Shown: positions 1 to 10,175 of the stretch, one piece after another | Layout of the letters: the number at the start of each line of letters is the position of its first letter | Numbering within the stretch: the stretch's first letter is position 1 | Virus record (IMG/VR): IMGVR_UViG_3300035698_005065 | DNA: 64,000 nucleotides | From: an uncultured virus (IMG/VR IMGVR_UViG_3300035698_005065) | Taxonomy: Duplodnaviria; Heunggongvirae; Uroviricota; Caudoviricetes | Reading direction: 5' to 3' (one strand) | Position numbers and translations under genes: made by a program | The notes under the pieces: model-generated | Seen by the model: the letters and a program-made list of their open reading frames with translations, nothing else | Told to the model about the DNA's origin: nothing | Database searches by the model: none

Positions 1-113
1 ACGTTTAAGACCTTGATTACTATGGACTTACGTAAATGCAACAGCCGTTGCTTCACCAATAACGCGGTTTTGCGTTGTGCAACGATCGCCCCGGTTCGTT
101 CTTCTTTTAAACA

Positions 114-149
114 GAAACGCCGACTCGGTATTATCCAAGTCGGCGTTTC
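114..149. terminator. GC-rich hairpin, possible terminator
   Basis: GAAACGCCGACT..AGTCGGCGTTTC inverted repeat in non-coding leader. Confidence 0.45.
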
Positions 150-409
150 AAGGTGGGGTGAAGGTGGCGCGTGAAACCAAAAAGTTGTAACAAACCACTA
201 ACCAGTAAAGCGCTGCACCTTCTGGGCGGACTATAGTCCCGCGATCGACGACCGGTCAACAAGTAATGACACTTTGTGAGTTTTAGTTTGACGCTCCCCA
301 GTGGTGTGGATTAAGGATTACTCAGCAACATGATAAAAACCCGCGTGGGGTGCGTTCGTATCATGCTTTAGATTAACAAACCACGGGAGCTAACGCTCAA
401 ACACCAAAA

Positions 410-2194
410 ATGAAAAACAACCACAATCTCGACGCAGAGGCGTCGCTACTTTCCGAGCTTCTTCTCGTCCATTCGGCGTTAGGGCGTGGGTATGTATCAC
501 CGTTCCCGGCTGCGCGGGGTATGGTTTTCACGTCCGCTTTACCGTCCAGCTCGATGGGCACATTCAAAGAGGCCGAGTCTAAGTTTCGACTTGCTCACAA
601 CGAGCAAAACGCTCAGATAAAAGAGCAACTTGCGTCGATGGAGGCCAAGCTCAAGGGGTTTCTTAAGAGCAACCCTTTCGACTCCCCGGACCCAACTCTT
701 GTTAAGTCGATCAATGAGTTGAAGGAGTCTGCGGGTAGTTTTCAAAGCGTGACGTGGAAAGCCGAGAACACTAGTAAATCCACGCTAGTTGAGCTGCTGA
801 AGAGATCGACTTACGGTGCCTTTACTTACGTGGATCAAGTCGGCAGTCGACTTTCTGCGTCCATGTGCGCGAGCGCTCGGCTAGCGGACGATTTTTCTTG
901 GGTCACACTCACCGAGGGGACGACCGACGAGGCACTCATACGATCAAATAATACCGGTGGTGCGTTAATTTACACCCTCAACGGGGAGTCGTCCGCTTTC
1001 AACCACTTCTGCAGCTGCCATCACAGCACTGCGGAAAAGCTAATAGATCGCGTAAATACGACGACGTCGGGGAGCGTGATAGCAGGCAGCGCCGTGATTA
1101 TCCCGACGCGGAAGGTTCGTAAAGCTTACGTGACCGAGCCCCGCAAGATCCTGTCACTGATGGACCGCGTCTTCGTGCGGGGTAAGGATCCCGTTGAGGA
1201 CCGCATCAAGGTGACGATACACCCGGACTGCCGGGAGGAGTGGGACAGCATGATGTCGTGGGGAGTCGAGGATCTGGCGGACCGCGAGGGCGGCCTAACC
1301 GATAACCAAGTATTTTCATGCGAGGACGCACCGGCGTCAGCTGAGGTCTGCGTACTGTTTGGCAGTCGCGCCGCTATGACGCTGGCGTTCCTTGAGCTAA
1401 TGACGGGTGACACGTGCCCCCCGTCTATTGAGCTGAACAAGTATCACCTCGAGGCGGCCAAGAAGTTCGCCCGTGTGATCTTCGAACTCTCCAGCGGGTT
1501 GCACCTCCTAGAGAATAGGGCGGCCAACGCCGTGAAAGCCACGGAGGCCTTCTGGAGCGAAGCCAAAATGGAGGGCGCATTGGCTGCGGCGCTTAAACTT
1601 GCTGGGGACCGCGGAGGTAAGTTTTCAAGGGGCGCTATCCGAGCGACGCCCGGTCTGACTAATGGGTTGGTCGACAGGTTGGTAGAGCGAGGACAATTGG
1701 TGGAGATGGTAGGAGTGGCTCAGTGCCAGATCGGTAACGCCACGCGCGCTTACAGTGTGGCTACGGAGCCGGAGCCGCTCAGCGCCGAGGAGGCCGTGAG
1801 CGAGTATGAGGAGGCAGCAGAGTCTCACGCGGAAGCGCCGAGTCTTATCTCTCCGACGGACGCCTACAAGGTCTACTGCGTGATCAAGGAAAAGGCTGAG
1901 CAGTTCGACTCCGATGGATCCTATCTGCCGCTAATACCGCTGCACATGCTCACGCCCGAGGAGATTAAACACGTCCCTAGACTCATGGAGACGCACGGCG
2001 AAGAACTTGAGCTTCGCGGGGGGCCCTTTGCGGATGAGATTGAGAGCATCACCAGCGACCCGGACTGTCCGGCGAATCATGGAGGTATAAACCTTTGGGT
2101 GCGCAGGCGCAGAGACGGATCAGAAGCTAGGAACTGGGTAAACGCCGACGCGCTCGGCTTCGCAAACACGTGGGGCGAAACCTGCAAACACTGA
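410..2194 (+). CDS. hypothetical protein (594 aa), faint resemblance to DUF3987-type replication proteins
   Basis: long ORF with A-rich leader upstream of primase; no clear catalytic motif. Confidence 0.7.
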   Translation: MKNNHNLDAEASLLSELLLVHSALGRGYVSPFPAARGMVFTSALPSSSMGTFKEAESKFRLAHNEQNAQIKEQLASMEAKLKGFLKSNPFDSPDPTLVKSINELKESAGSFQSVTWKAENTSKSTLVELLKRSTYGAFTYVDQVGSRLSASMCASARLADDFSWVTLTEGTTDEALIRSNNTGGALIYTLNGESSAFNHFCSCHHSTAEKLIDRVNTTTSGSVIAGSAVIIPTRKVRKAYVTEPRKILSLMDRVFVRGKDPVEDRIKVTIHPDCREEWDSMMSWGVEDLADREGGLTDNQVFSCEDAPASAEVCVLFGSRAAMTLAFLELMTGDTCPPSIELNKYHLEAAKKFARVIFELSSGLHLLENRAANAVKATEAFWSEAKMEGALAAALKLAGDRGGKFSRGAIRATPGLTNGLVDRLVERGQLVEMVGVAQCQIGNATRAYSVATEPEPLSAEEAVSEYEEAAESHAEAPSLISPTDAYKVYCVIKEKAEQFDSDGSYLPLIPLHMLTPEEIKHVPRLMETHGEELELRGGPFADEIESITSDPDCPANHGGINLWVRRRRDGSEARNWVNADALGFANTWGETCKH

Positions 2195-2198
2195 AAAC

Positions 2199-2513
2199 AT
2201 GAAAGAAATAAAAATAGGCGACTACGTTATCGCCACAAAATACAGAGACGGAAACCCGCAGGACCACTGGGCCGTGGGATTCTACGCAGGCGTAACAGCC
2301 CCGCACTACGACCCGCCGAGATACGACGTGGTAGACACGGAGGGTAAAAACTTTCGCGGTAACGGATTCCGAAGAATAAAAACCATAAGCGCGAGGCGCG
2401 GCAGGTGGATCCTAGCACGCACGCAGGGGGCGGAGCGCGCGGATTACTACAGGCGCAGCATCTGGGGATATGTCAGGGAAAAAATGAGCGACAAAACCCC
2501 CGAGGCACCATGA
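2199..2513 (+). CDS. hypothetical phage protein
   Basis: ORF with A-rich leader; ATGA overlap with primase start. Confidence 0.7.
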   Translation: MKEIKIGDYVIATKYRDGNPQDHWAVGFYAGVTAPHYDPPRYDVVDTEGKNFRGNGFRRIKTISARRGRWILARTQGAERADYYRRSIWGYVREKMSDKTPEAP

Positions 2514-3964
2514 GCGACGAAGTAGGAGTAAAAACAAACGAAAGCGCGTTGCACGCCCCGCCCGAAATTAAGTCATGGGCCAAGAGAATAACAGAAGCGC
2601 AGGGGTGCGCTGGAGTTCTGTCGCGGGAGGCGAACGGTTACCACCTGGCCATCCCGTGCCCGGAATGCCTGCACACCCACAAGCAGAGAGAGGTAGACGA
2701 ACCTAAGTATTCTATCAATCTCAGTATGCTCGCCGGTGTCGGTGAGCAGTTCCAGAAGGTCAAAAAGAACATATTCTTACCGACGACGATCATGGACGCC
2801 CTGAATCAAGGCAAGAAGAACGAGTATGGGTCGTCGATCTGTATGCGAACCAGGTCCAGCCGGTCGCCGCACCGGTTCCCGATACAAGATCTTCTGAACA
2901 TGAGCACGGTCGAATCTAGGCACCCAGATATTCGAACCAACGCCGGAGTCTCAGGTAAGGTAGGCGGGGCTGATCGAGAATCTTTTTGGATAGAGGACGA
3001 AAAGACCGGAGTGATGTGCCCGCCACCTCCCGGAGAAGGCATCAAGTTGTCGGACCTTCCCGACGACCACCCCGCTATCGATTATTTGAGGCGTCGAAAC
3101 TACGACATCAAGGACCTGGAGAAACAGTTTCGTTGCATATTTTGCACTAAGGAATTTCCGCACGGCGAGAAGAATATCTTTTATCGCAGGATGCCGGGTG
3201 GGTGGAGAGACACGCCGCAGAACCGGGTCATCTTCTACAGCATCATAGATGGGGTACCTATGACCTGGCAGGCCCGAGTCATAGAAAAAGAGAACGATTA
3301 CATCAAATACATGCTGCACCCTTACGCGGGAGGTTACTTCCCCACCAAGGACGCCGCGCGAGTCGAGAGGGACACCAGGCGCGGGGGTTTATCGGGAGAA
3401 TTCCAGTGCATACCGGACGGGGAAGGATCGTGGGGATACCTGTGGAGCCGGACGCACACGCGTGCTAATCCATCTTCTCCGTGGATGCCTATCGCCCCGT
3501 TCGACGAGCTTACATCCACGGGAGGTGCTAAATTTAAACCCTCCAAATACCGGACGGCTAAACACTCAGCCCGTAGCATCATGGGGTGGGACGCCGCGAT
3601 GCAGAAAACTGTAAGTTCGGGGGAAGATCACCCTTGGGTTGTCCTTTGCGAGGGACCGCTCGACGCCGCACGCGTAGGACCCGGGGGGTTAGCAATCCTA
3701 GGCTCATCCCTTAGCCAAGACAACGCCGCAAAGATCGCGTCAAACTTCCACATTGTCTTTTCCGCGTTCGACTCGGATAGGGCGGGACGGGAGGCTACCG
3801 CCAAGATTAATAAGACTCTTATGGAAGCAAAGCATCGCGCCCCAGTTCTCCTGGGAGTGCTGCAGCTTCAAATACCCGCGGGTAAAGACCTGGGGTCAAT
3901 GACTCCGGCGCAATTTCAAATAACCCTTTCCCGCGCAAAGAAAGCATTCTTGCGCGGATCATAA
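2510..3964 (+). CDS. DnaG-like DNA primase (Zn finger + TOPRIM)
   Basis: CPEC near N-terminus; TOPRIM motifs VLCEGPLDA, AILGSSLS, AFDSDRAG, GKDLG; start chosen at ATGA overlap 2510. Confidence 0.8.
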   Translation: MSDEVGVKTNESALHAPPEIKSWAKRITEAQGCAGVLSREANGYHLAIPCPECLHTHKQREVDEPKYSINLSMLAGVGEQFQKVKKNIFLPTTIMDALNQGKKNEYGSSICMRTRSSRSPHRFPIQDLLNMSTVESRHPDIRTNAGVSGKVGGADRESFWIEDEKTGVMCPPPPGEGIKLSDLPDDHPAIDYLRRRNYDIKDLEKQFRCIFCTKEFPHGEKNIFYRRMPGGWRDTPQNRVIFYSIIDGVPMTWQARVIEKENDYIKYMLHPYAGGYFPTKDAARVERDTRRGGLSGEFQCIPDGEGSWGYLWSRTHTRANPSSPWMPIAPFDELTSTGGAKFKPSKYRTAKHSARSIMGWDAAMQKTVSSGEDHPWVVLCEGPLDAARVGPGGLAILGSSLSQDNAAKIASNFHIVFSAFDSDRAGREATAKINKTLMEAKHRAPVLLGVLQLQIPAGKDLGSMTPAQFQITLSRAKKAFLRGS

Positions 3965-3977
3965 AAACAAAAATACC

Positions 3978-4775
3978 ATGTCAAATCCATTCAACAAACT
4001 AAACCTCCCAGAAATCAAACCTACTGATCCTGAGAACCTCTATTTTAACCTGAAGAACGCTAAGCTCATCAAGAGCAACACGGCGGCCTTCTCCCTCCCC
4101 GCCGGCTACACGTGCCCCGGGGCTTGCGACTGCCTGGCGCACTTCGACCGCGACGCAAATAAACTCGTCGACGGTCCTAAGGCCAAGTTCAGATGCTTCG
4201 CAGCTTCCCTAGAGGCCGCGTTCCCCGGCGTTCGAAGATCGGTCGACCTTAACCTGGCCCGACTAAAGAAGGCCAAAACCACCGTGGGCATGGCCGCGCT
4301 TATTAGCAAATCCCTACCGAAGGAAAAGTTCAAGAACATCCGCATTCACGCGGACGGGGACTTCTACAGCCAAGCTTATTTCCTAGCCTGGGTAAGAGCA
4401 GCCGAGATGAATCCGACGCGTCTGTTCTACGCCTATACCAAGAACCTTCCCGTGTGGGTCAAGAACCGGGACGTTGTTCCTGAGAACCTCATTCTAACGG
4501 CATCCCTCGGAGGAAAGTGGGACGCCATGATCGAGGGGAACAACCTCAGAAGCGCTAAAGTCGTCTACCACCCGGATGAGGCCGACGCTCTCGGACTGGA
4601 GATTGATCACGACGACTCTCTCGCTCGCGGTAACGGTCGATCTTTCGCTCTTTTGATTCACGGAATGCAGCCTAAGGGGTCCGAGGGGAGCTCCGCCATG
4701 AAGAGGATGCGAGAAGAAGGAGTCAAGCACACCTATGGAAAAGTAGGATCGAAACACACAGTCATTACAAAATAA
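3978..4775 (+). CDS. GP88-like phage protein (Cys cluster, radical-SAM-like)
   Basis: FSLPAGYTCPGACDC, RCFAA, IRIHADGDFYS, YAYTK motifs. Confidence 0.7.
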   Translation: MSNPFNKLNLPEIKPTDPENLYFNLKNAKLIKSNTAAFSLPAGYTCPGACDCLAHFDRDANKLVDGPKAKFRCFAASLEAAFPGVRRSVDLNLARLKKAKTTVGMAALISKSLPKEKFKNIRIHADGDFYSQAYFLAWVRAAEMNPTRLFYAYTKNLPVWVKNRDVVPENLILTASLGGKWDAMIEGNNLRSAKVVYHPDEADALGLEIDHDDSLARGNGRSFALLIHGMQPKGSEGSSAMKRMREEGVKHTYGKVGSKHTVITK

Positions 4776-4776
4776 C

Positions 4777-6417
4777 ATGAGCCCAGAAGTAAAAAAATTC
4801 CTTGATAGCCAGCGTGATGCTGGTTCATCAGGCGCAGCAAGAGAAAAGACCCGCGTCAACGTATCGACACCGGAGTTAGAGAACAGGCTCAAGGCCTACG
4901 GATCCCAGACCGAGGACTTTGAGATAACCGATGAGCACCGAGACGCGATGATTCGAATATTCCAGAATCACGAAAACGTGTTTATTACCGGAGGAGCCGG
5001 GACCGGTAAGACGGCACTTATCAACAACGTCATCATACCTGAGCTTGACCACCGAGGTCTGATGTTTGGGGTCTGCGCCACCACCGGCATCGCCGGTAGT
5101 CACATGGGAGGTCGGACAGTGCACTCATACCTCGGAATCTTCCCCTCGACGATTCGGTTTTCTCCGATGGAGCCGCACCCGCAAGATCTGACACCGGAGA
5201 GAATACTCAAAGTCTACGAGACTTCCTACGATAGCTGGGCGGACAATCTGGCGACTAAGCCGAGAATCAGAACGCCGCTCTTTAAGCGTCTCCGTAGTCT
5301 GGAGGTTCTGATCCTAGACGAAGTATCTCAGGCTGCCGGCGTTGGCCTACTCGGCTACATCGACTTCATGCTTCGTCGAGTTCGAGAAAAGGACCTTCCT
5401 TACGGCGGCGTGCAGCTAATCCATGTGGGCGACTTTTGTCAGGCGCCTCCCGTGGAAAAGGGCGAACCGCGCCACGCCCCAGACTGGGCCTTCCTCGCTC
5501 CGGTGTGGTCTGACGCCAACGTGCAAACCATAGAGCTCACGAAGATATTCCGACAAGCCGACAGGGAGTTTGCGGAGTTTCTCAACAAGGTGCGCATGGG
5601 CGATCCGGTCGATCCTGCCTACGTTCAGAGCTTTGTGCGGACACTAACGATGGAGGAGGTCCCGGACTACTCTTTCCTGGTTTCCCACAACGCGCAGTGC
5701 AAGGATCTTAACGCGCAGGCCCTGGGGAGGTTCCCGGCACCGACCAAGTCCTTCCCTCCGAATTTCGTTGTCTTAGAGCAGCAGATGAGGTGGGCGGACG
5801 ATACGGTCTCAAAGGCTAGAAGCAAGCTGGTCGGTAGTCGTTCCCACCTATGGGACAGTTTAGACCTTCGAATCGGGACCCCAGTGCTCTTCACTGTCAA
5901 CCATAGCAAGGGATTGTATTTCAACGGAACCCGAGGCGTCATCAAGGGCTACGGGCCGCCACCAGACAGCTCGCCGCAGGAAGGTCCGCCAGCGGCGATG
6001 CGAGAGGACGACGACAAATACTGCGTCTATGTTGAGGTGCCGGACAAAGATAAACCAAGCGGGACGCGCCTGATCTACCTCCCAAGGTTCGTATACACTC
6101 GAAACGACAAGGAAGACCGGGACGAAATGATGTCTGTGGTTATCGACGGCAAGCAATCCCTGACGCACCGCTACCCGGTGCTGAAGCAGTTCCCATTAAT
6201 ACCAGCGAGTTCTATCACCCTCCACAAGTCTCAAGGTATGTCGCTGGACAGGGCGATCGTGCACCTAGATTCTGTTTTTGCAGCTGGTCAGGCTTACGTC
6301 GGCATGTCTAGGCTGCGAACGGCTCGGGGACTTGTCCTTACGAGCTCTAACTTTGAAGTGAAAACAGATCCGCACGCTGTCGATTTCTATCGGAAAGTGC
6401 GCCAACAAAAAAAATAA
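4777..6417 (+). CDS. PIF1/RecD-like SF1B DNA helicase
   Basis: GGAGTGKT Walker A, ILDEVS Walker B, GDFCQAPPV, LTKIFRQ, TLHKSQGMSLD, QAYVGMSR. Confidence 0.9.
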   Translation: MSPEVKKFLDSQRDAGSSGAAREKTRVNVSTPELENRLKAYGSQTEDFEITDEHRDAMIRIFQNHENVFITGGAGTGKTALINNVIIPELDHRGLMFGVCATTGIAGSHMGGRTVHSYLGIFPSTIRFSPMEPHPQDLTPERILKVYETSYDSWADNLATKPRIRTPLFKRLRSLEVLILDEVSQAAGVGLLGYIDFMLRRVREKDLPYGGVQLIHVGDFCQAPPVEKGEPRHAPDWAFLAPVWSDANVQTIELTKIFRQADREFAEFLNKVRMGDPVDPAYVQSFVRTLTMEEVPDYSFLVSHNAQCKDLNAQALGRFPAPTKSFPPNFVVLEQQMRWADDTVSKARSKLVGSRSHLWDSLDLRIGTPVLFTVNHSKGLYFNGTRGVIKGYGPPPDSSPQEGPPAAMREDDDKYCVYVEVPDKDKPSGTRLIYLPRFVYTRNDKEDRDEMMSVVIDGKQSLTHRYPVLKQFPLIPASSITLHKSQGMSLDRAIVHLDSVFAAGQAYVGMSRLRTARGLVLTSSNFEVKTDPHAVDFYRKVRQQKK

Positions 6418-6421
6418 TATA

Positions 6422-7066
6422 ATGAACAAAGAACAAATTAAGTCAGCGTCAGAAGACGTCATCTTCCAGGCATTCATCGACCACCGCCGCGCTGTACAAA
6501 AGCGGTTAGAGCAGGCCAAGAGCCGCGAAATTAAAGCCATTTTCGATTCTTGCTCGCATCCGCCCTCGTCGAAATTAGCTGATGAGAATGTCCAAAAGGT
6601 CGCCCCGGAAGAATACGGGGAGTGCGCGCCCTCCTCGGAAACGCCCCAGCATTACGGGAGCGGCGTAGGAGTTCCTTGGGACGCCCAGAAGAAAATGGAG
6701 TCGAGCGGCAACGCCTTCGTTGATGCCAGGCGATGCGACGGTATGAAATATGCCTTCCGCGTCAAGTCTGACCTAGAGGGCGACCTTCGAAAGGGCGCTC
6801 ACTGCTTGTTGGCTGCCGCGGACGAGCTGCGACGGCTTAACAACTCAGTGGTGGAGGACGAGCTGCAACGGCTTAACAACTCAGAGGCGGAGAACGACGT
6901 GGCGAAGTTCGACTTCTCATCATTTGAGGAGGAGGAGCTTGAATACTTGCGCGCGGGGTGCCCGCCCCCTCGTAATTTTATGAGCGCGTATGTGCGGGCT
7001 AGAAACGAGGAACTCCCCAAGTCGGAAAACGTCATGCGGGATAATTCGAGTAAGACTGAATCATGA
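6422..7066 (+). CDS. DUF3310-like domain protein
   Basis: PQHY...MKYAFR...DLRKGAHCL pattern; short internal duplication DELRRLNNSVVE/DELQRLNNSEAE. Confidence 0.45.
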   Translation: MNKEQIKSASEDVIFQAFIDHRRAVQKRLEQAKSREIKAIFDSCSHPPSSKLADENVQKVAPEEYGECAPSSETPQHYGSGVGVPWDAQKKMESSGNAFVDARRCDGMKYAFRVKSDLEGDLRKGAHCLLAAADELRRLNNSVVEDELQRLNNSEAENDVAKFDFSSFEEEELEYLRAGCPPPRNFMSAYVRARNEELPKSENVMRDNSSKTES

Positions 7067-9486
7067 GCGACAGACGAAGGGGGTTCGCGCAGGACGAAGT
7101 CGAACCCCCGTATGACGACGGTGCGCCCCCGAAGACACTGAAGGTAAGCCGCCACATCGATGACGTGTTTTACGTCGCCGGTCGGTCCCCCGTATTGGGG
7201 CAGGAGCAATACGACGTCATGTTCGTGACGGCCTCCGTGGAGGACGACGAAGCGACTAATCAAGCCGAGACCAAATTCGGGTTTCGCATTAACCAGCCGG
7301 CGGAATACTTGAAAGGGTCCACCGGGCTTATCCGGGACGTAGCCTTACGCGCCGGGATTGACATGGACACGTGCTACTTCACTGCCGTGTGCAAGTGGCT
7401 CCTCCCTAAGGCCAGGAGAGCAAAGCCAGCCACCAAGATACTGAAGTGGGGCCTCCCCGTCCTAGAGGACGAAATCCGACGCGTTAAGCCGAAGATTATC
7501 GTCTGCATGGGCAAGCCGGCTTACGACATGGTGTCGGATCAAAAGATCGGATTCAAAGACGGTCACGGTTGCTGGTTCTGGTCCGAAGACCATCAAGCGC
7601 ACGTCTATTTGATGCACGCGCCGTTCACGCTGGTCACTAAGCCAGACTTCTACGAGACGTTCCGGGTGGACTTTAAGGAGATTGCTCGGCGCGTAGACAT
7701 CCTGAGGACCGGAGTCATACCAAACGACCAGGTCAACTACGAGGTCCTGCGTAACGAGCAAGACCTCGAGGACTGGATCGCGCGCATCGAGGACCTTGCC
7801 AACGGTTGCCCCGAGTCCCAGGGTGCCGACGAGTGGCCCGGTATAAGGTCGGACGATGGCTGCCCTCTGCTCGCCGTTGACTGCGAGTGGCACGGCCGCA
7901 CGCACATCGACGGGCAGCTGCGAACAATACAGTTCGCCTGGTCTGAAAGGGACGCGGTCGTAATTGAGTTCCGTAACGAGAAGAACGAGTGGAGCTTCGA
8001 CCACCCGGACGCGCCGCCGGATCTACCGCCGGACCTGTCACCTCCCTTTCCTAAAAATGTCGAACCTTCAATCTCGAAAGCGATAATCGAGAATTGGGCC
8101 GACGGCGACCCTCCGGAGGGCGAGGAGGGGTGGGTGAGACGAGACGAGCATAGTTGGACTAGAGAAACGCCGGCACCTCAGCTTCTGGAGACGGGTGACT
8201 TTTTCAGTCGTATGATAGACAAGCACTCGGAAAACGCCGATGACTGTTCTCCCGCCGAGCACGTCCGGCGTGCCATGTCGCGCACGGACGCTCTAGTGCG
8301 CGCGGTTCGAGGGAGAAACGAGAGTCGCCACGAGGTAGAGGCCAAAGCTTACAAGGCTGTAGGGGCTCCTCTCGCGGACATGCTCTCTCGTATCAACGCC
8401 AAGTACATCGGGCACCACTACGCTGCCGACTCCCCGTGGATGCATCACAAGCTAGGCATCACGGTGTATCAGCGCTGCGAGATGGACACCGAGTTCGCCC
8501 AGCAGACGTGTGACGAATCGAGCGAGTTAGGGTTAGAGCGCGGCATCGGGATGAAATACACGACCCTCGGTCGGTATGATCAAGCGCTCGTGATGTGGAA
8601 GCGTAAGAACAAAGACCTCGTAAAAGGCGGCTACGGCTTCGTCCCTAGCGCGATCCTGCACCCTTACGGGGCTCGGGACGTCATCGCCCCCCTTCGGGCC
8701 TACCCGCTTATCAGGCGCCAACTAGAGGCGCAAACGCTATGGGACTACTACGTGAACCTGTTTAACCCGTTCGTGACTGACGTCTTCACAGACTTCACGA
8801 TGCTGGGTCTACCAGTGGACGTCCCCATGCTGGACGACCTGAGGGTTCTGTTTGCCTTCGCAAGAGATAAGCTTGAGGTCAAACTACAGAGGCGAATCCA
8901 CGAGGAGGCCGCCAACAAGCTACAGAACCGCATTGTTCGAGAGTTGGGCTTCAAGGCGCTGCAGAACATGAAGGGAGACATCACCAGAAAAGATGAGAAT
9001 GCCATCGCTCAGAAAGTAAAGGAGCTCCTGTTCGCAGGGGGAGACTCCAAAGGTATGTCCAGTTGGTTGTCTTTGCTGCGGCATTTCGTGGACTCTCAGA
9101 AGTTCAACATCCGAAGTCCGGACCAGATGCGCAGGTGGTTGTTTACCGTCGAAGGTCTCGAACCCATCAAGTCGACGAACCAGAAAGCGGCGGGCCTGCC
9201 AAGTATGGCGTGGGACAAGGTGCTGGAGCTTCCCCCAGAACGTCAGAAGGTCTACACCCCCGCGGTAGACAAGCAGACGCTGTCGATCCTATCGGAGCAG
9301 TTGTCGGCGCTGGATCAACTGCTGGACCTCAACGCCGTCGGTAACATCGCTAAGGCCTTCCTGAAGGAGGCGTCGAGCCACGAGGACCCGGAGACGGGAG
9401 ATACGACAACAGAGGAGCACGGACTGCACTCGTGGCTTGCCAGTGACGGCAGGATACACGGTCAGCTATCAACAACGGAAACGGGT
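7063..9486 (+). CDS. polA: family A DNA polymerase, exon 1 (UDG-like domain, 3'-5' exonuclease, thumb)
   Basis: UDG4-like CYFTAVCK..EIRRVKPKIIVCMGK; Exo motifs VDCEW, GHHYAAD, YGARD; FNIRSPDQ; ends DGRIHGQLSTTETG. Confidence 0.85.
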
Positions 9487-10175
9487 GAAAATTTTCGTAG
9501 ACAAACAAAAGCATCCGCTTAGGGTGCTGTAATGGAAGTATTAGAGAAAGATTGTGAGATGTGCGGCAACACATTCACAGAAGTAAGTGCCGCTGTCATG
9601 CGGCAGAAGCGCTATTGCGGGGTGTGCACGCCCGCAGAGCGGGGTAAGGTGAATAACCTAAACTTAGAGGACTGCTAGGCGCGTCCGAGCGCCTACCTCT
9701 ACGCTACGACTTCTACATCGCAGGTTGTCAAACCTTGGTAGAGGCAGACGGGGAGCAGCATTACCAAGAAGGACCTGACACATACTTCGACACTAAGAAC
9801 TTGAAAGAGCACGACCGAAGAAAGAATGAATACGCCAAGGAGAACGGCTTAAAACTTATCCGAATCCGTTATCGCGCCACCTTTGCCGAGGTCCGCGAAT
9901 TAGTTTGTCTAAAACTCGCCCCTTTAATCAGTAATGATTAAAGCAAACCTATTTAATTCAGGGGAACCCTTTTCGAAGGCAATCCTGAGCGAAGCCGCCG
10001 CATGGCGGAACGTGCAACGACTATCCCGAAAGGGAGTAGAACCAAGTGGTTCGAAATAGTAGGGACCCGGCACGCGTCGGGTCATGATATAGTCTGGTCT
10101 GCAGACATAATAAATAAACTGCAGCTGTCACCAAACGTGGCGGGCTTAGCTTAACGAGCTAGGCTGAACACAACG
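9487..10175 (+). ncRNA. group I self-splicing intron (IA-like) in DNA polymerase gene
   Basis: 5' exon ends in U9486, intron ends in G10175; splicing restores TETG|RTRSWMPNTLNWP; P1 GGGU|GA pairs with UCGCCC 9916-9921; P2 hairpin with GUAA loop 9922-9943; core GCAATCCTGAGC, GCAACGACTA, GATATAGTC (P7 10019-10023/10090-10094). Confidence 0.9.
9532..9941 (+). pseudogene. degenerate intron-encoded homing endonuclease (Zn finger + Vsr/DUF559-like nuclease)
   Basis: 9532-9678 encodes CEMC..YCGVC then stops; a different frame encodes LPLRYDFYI..LVEADGEQHY..DRRKNEYAKENGLKLIRIRY. Confidence 0.7.
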
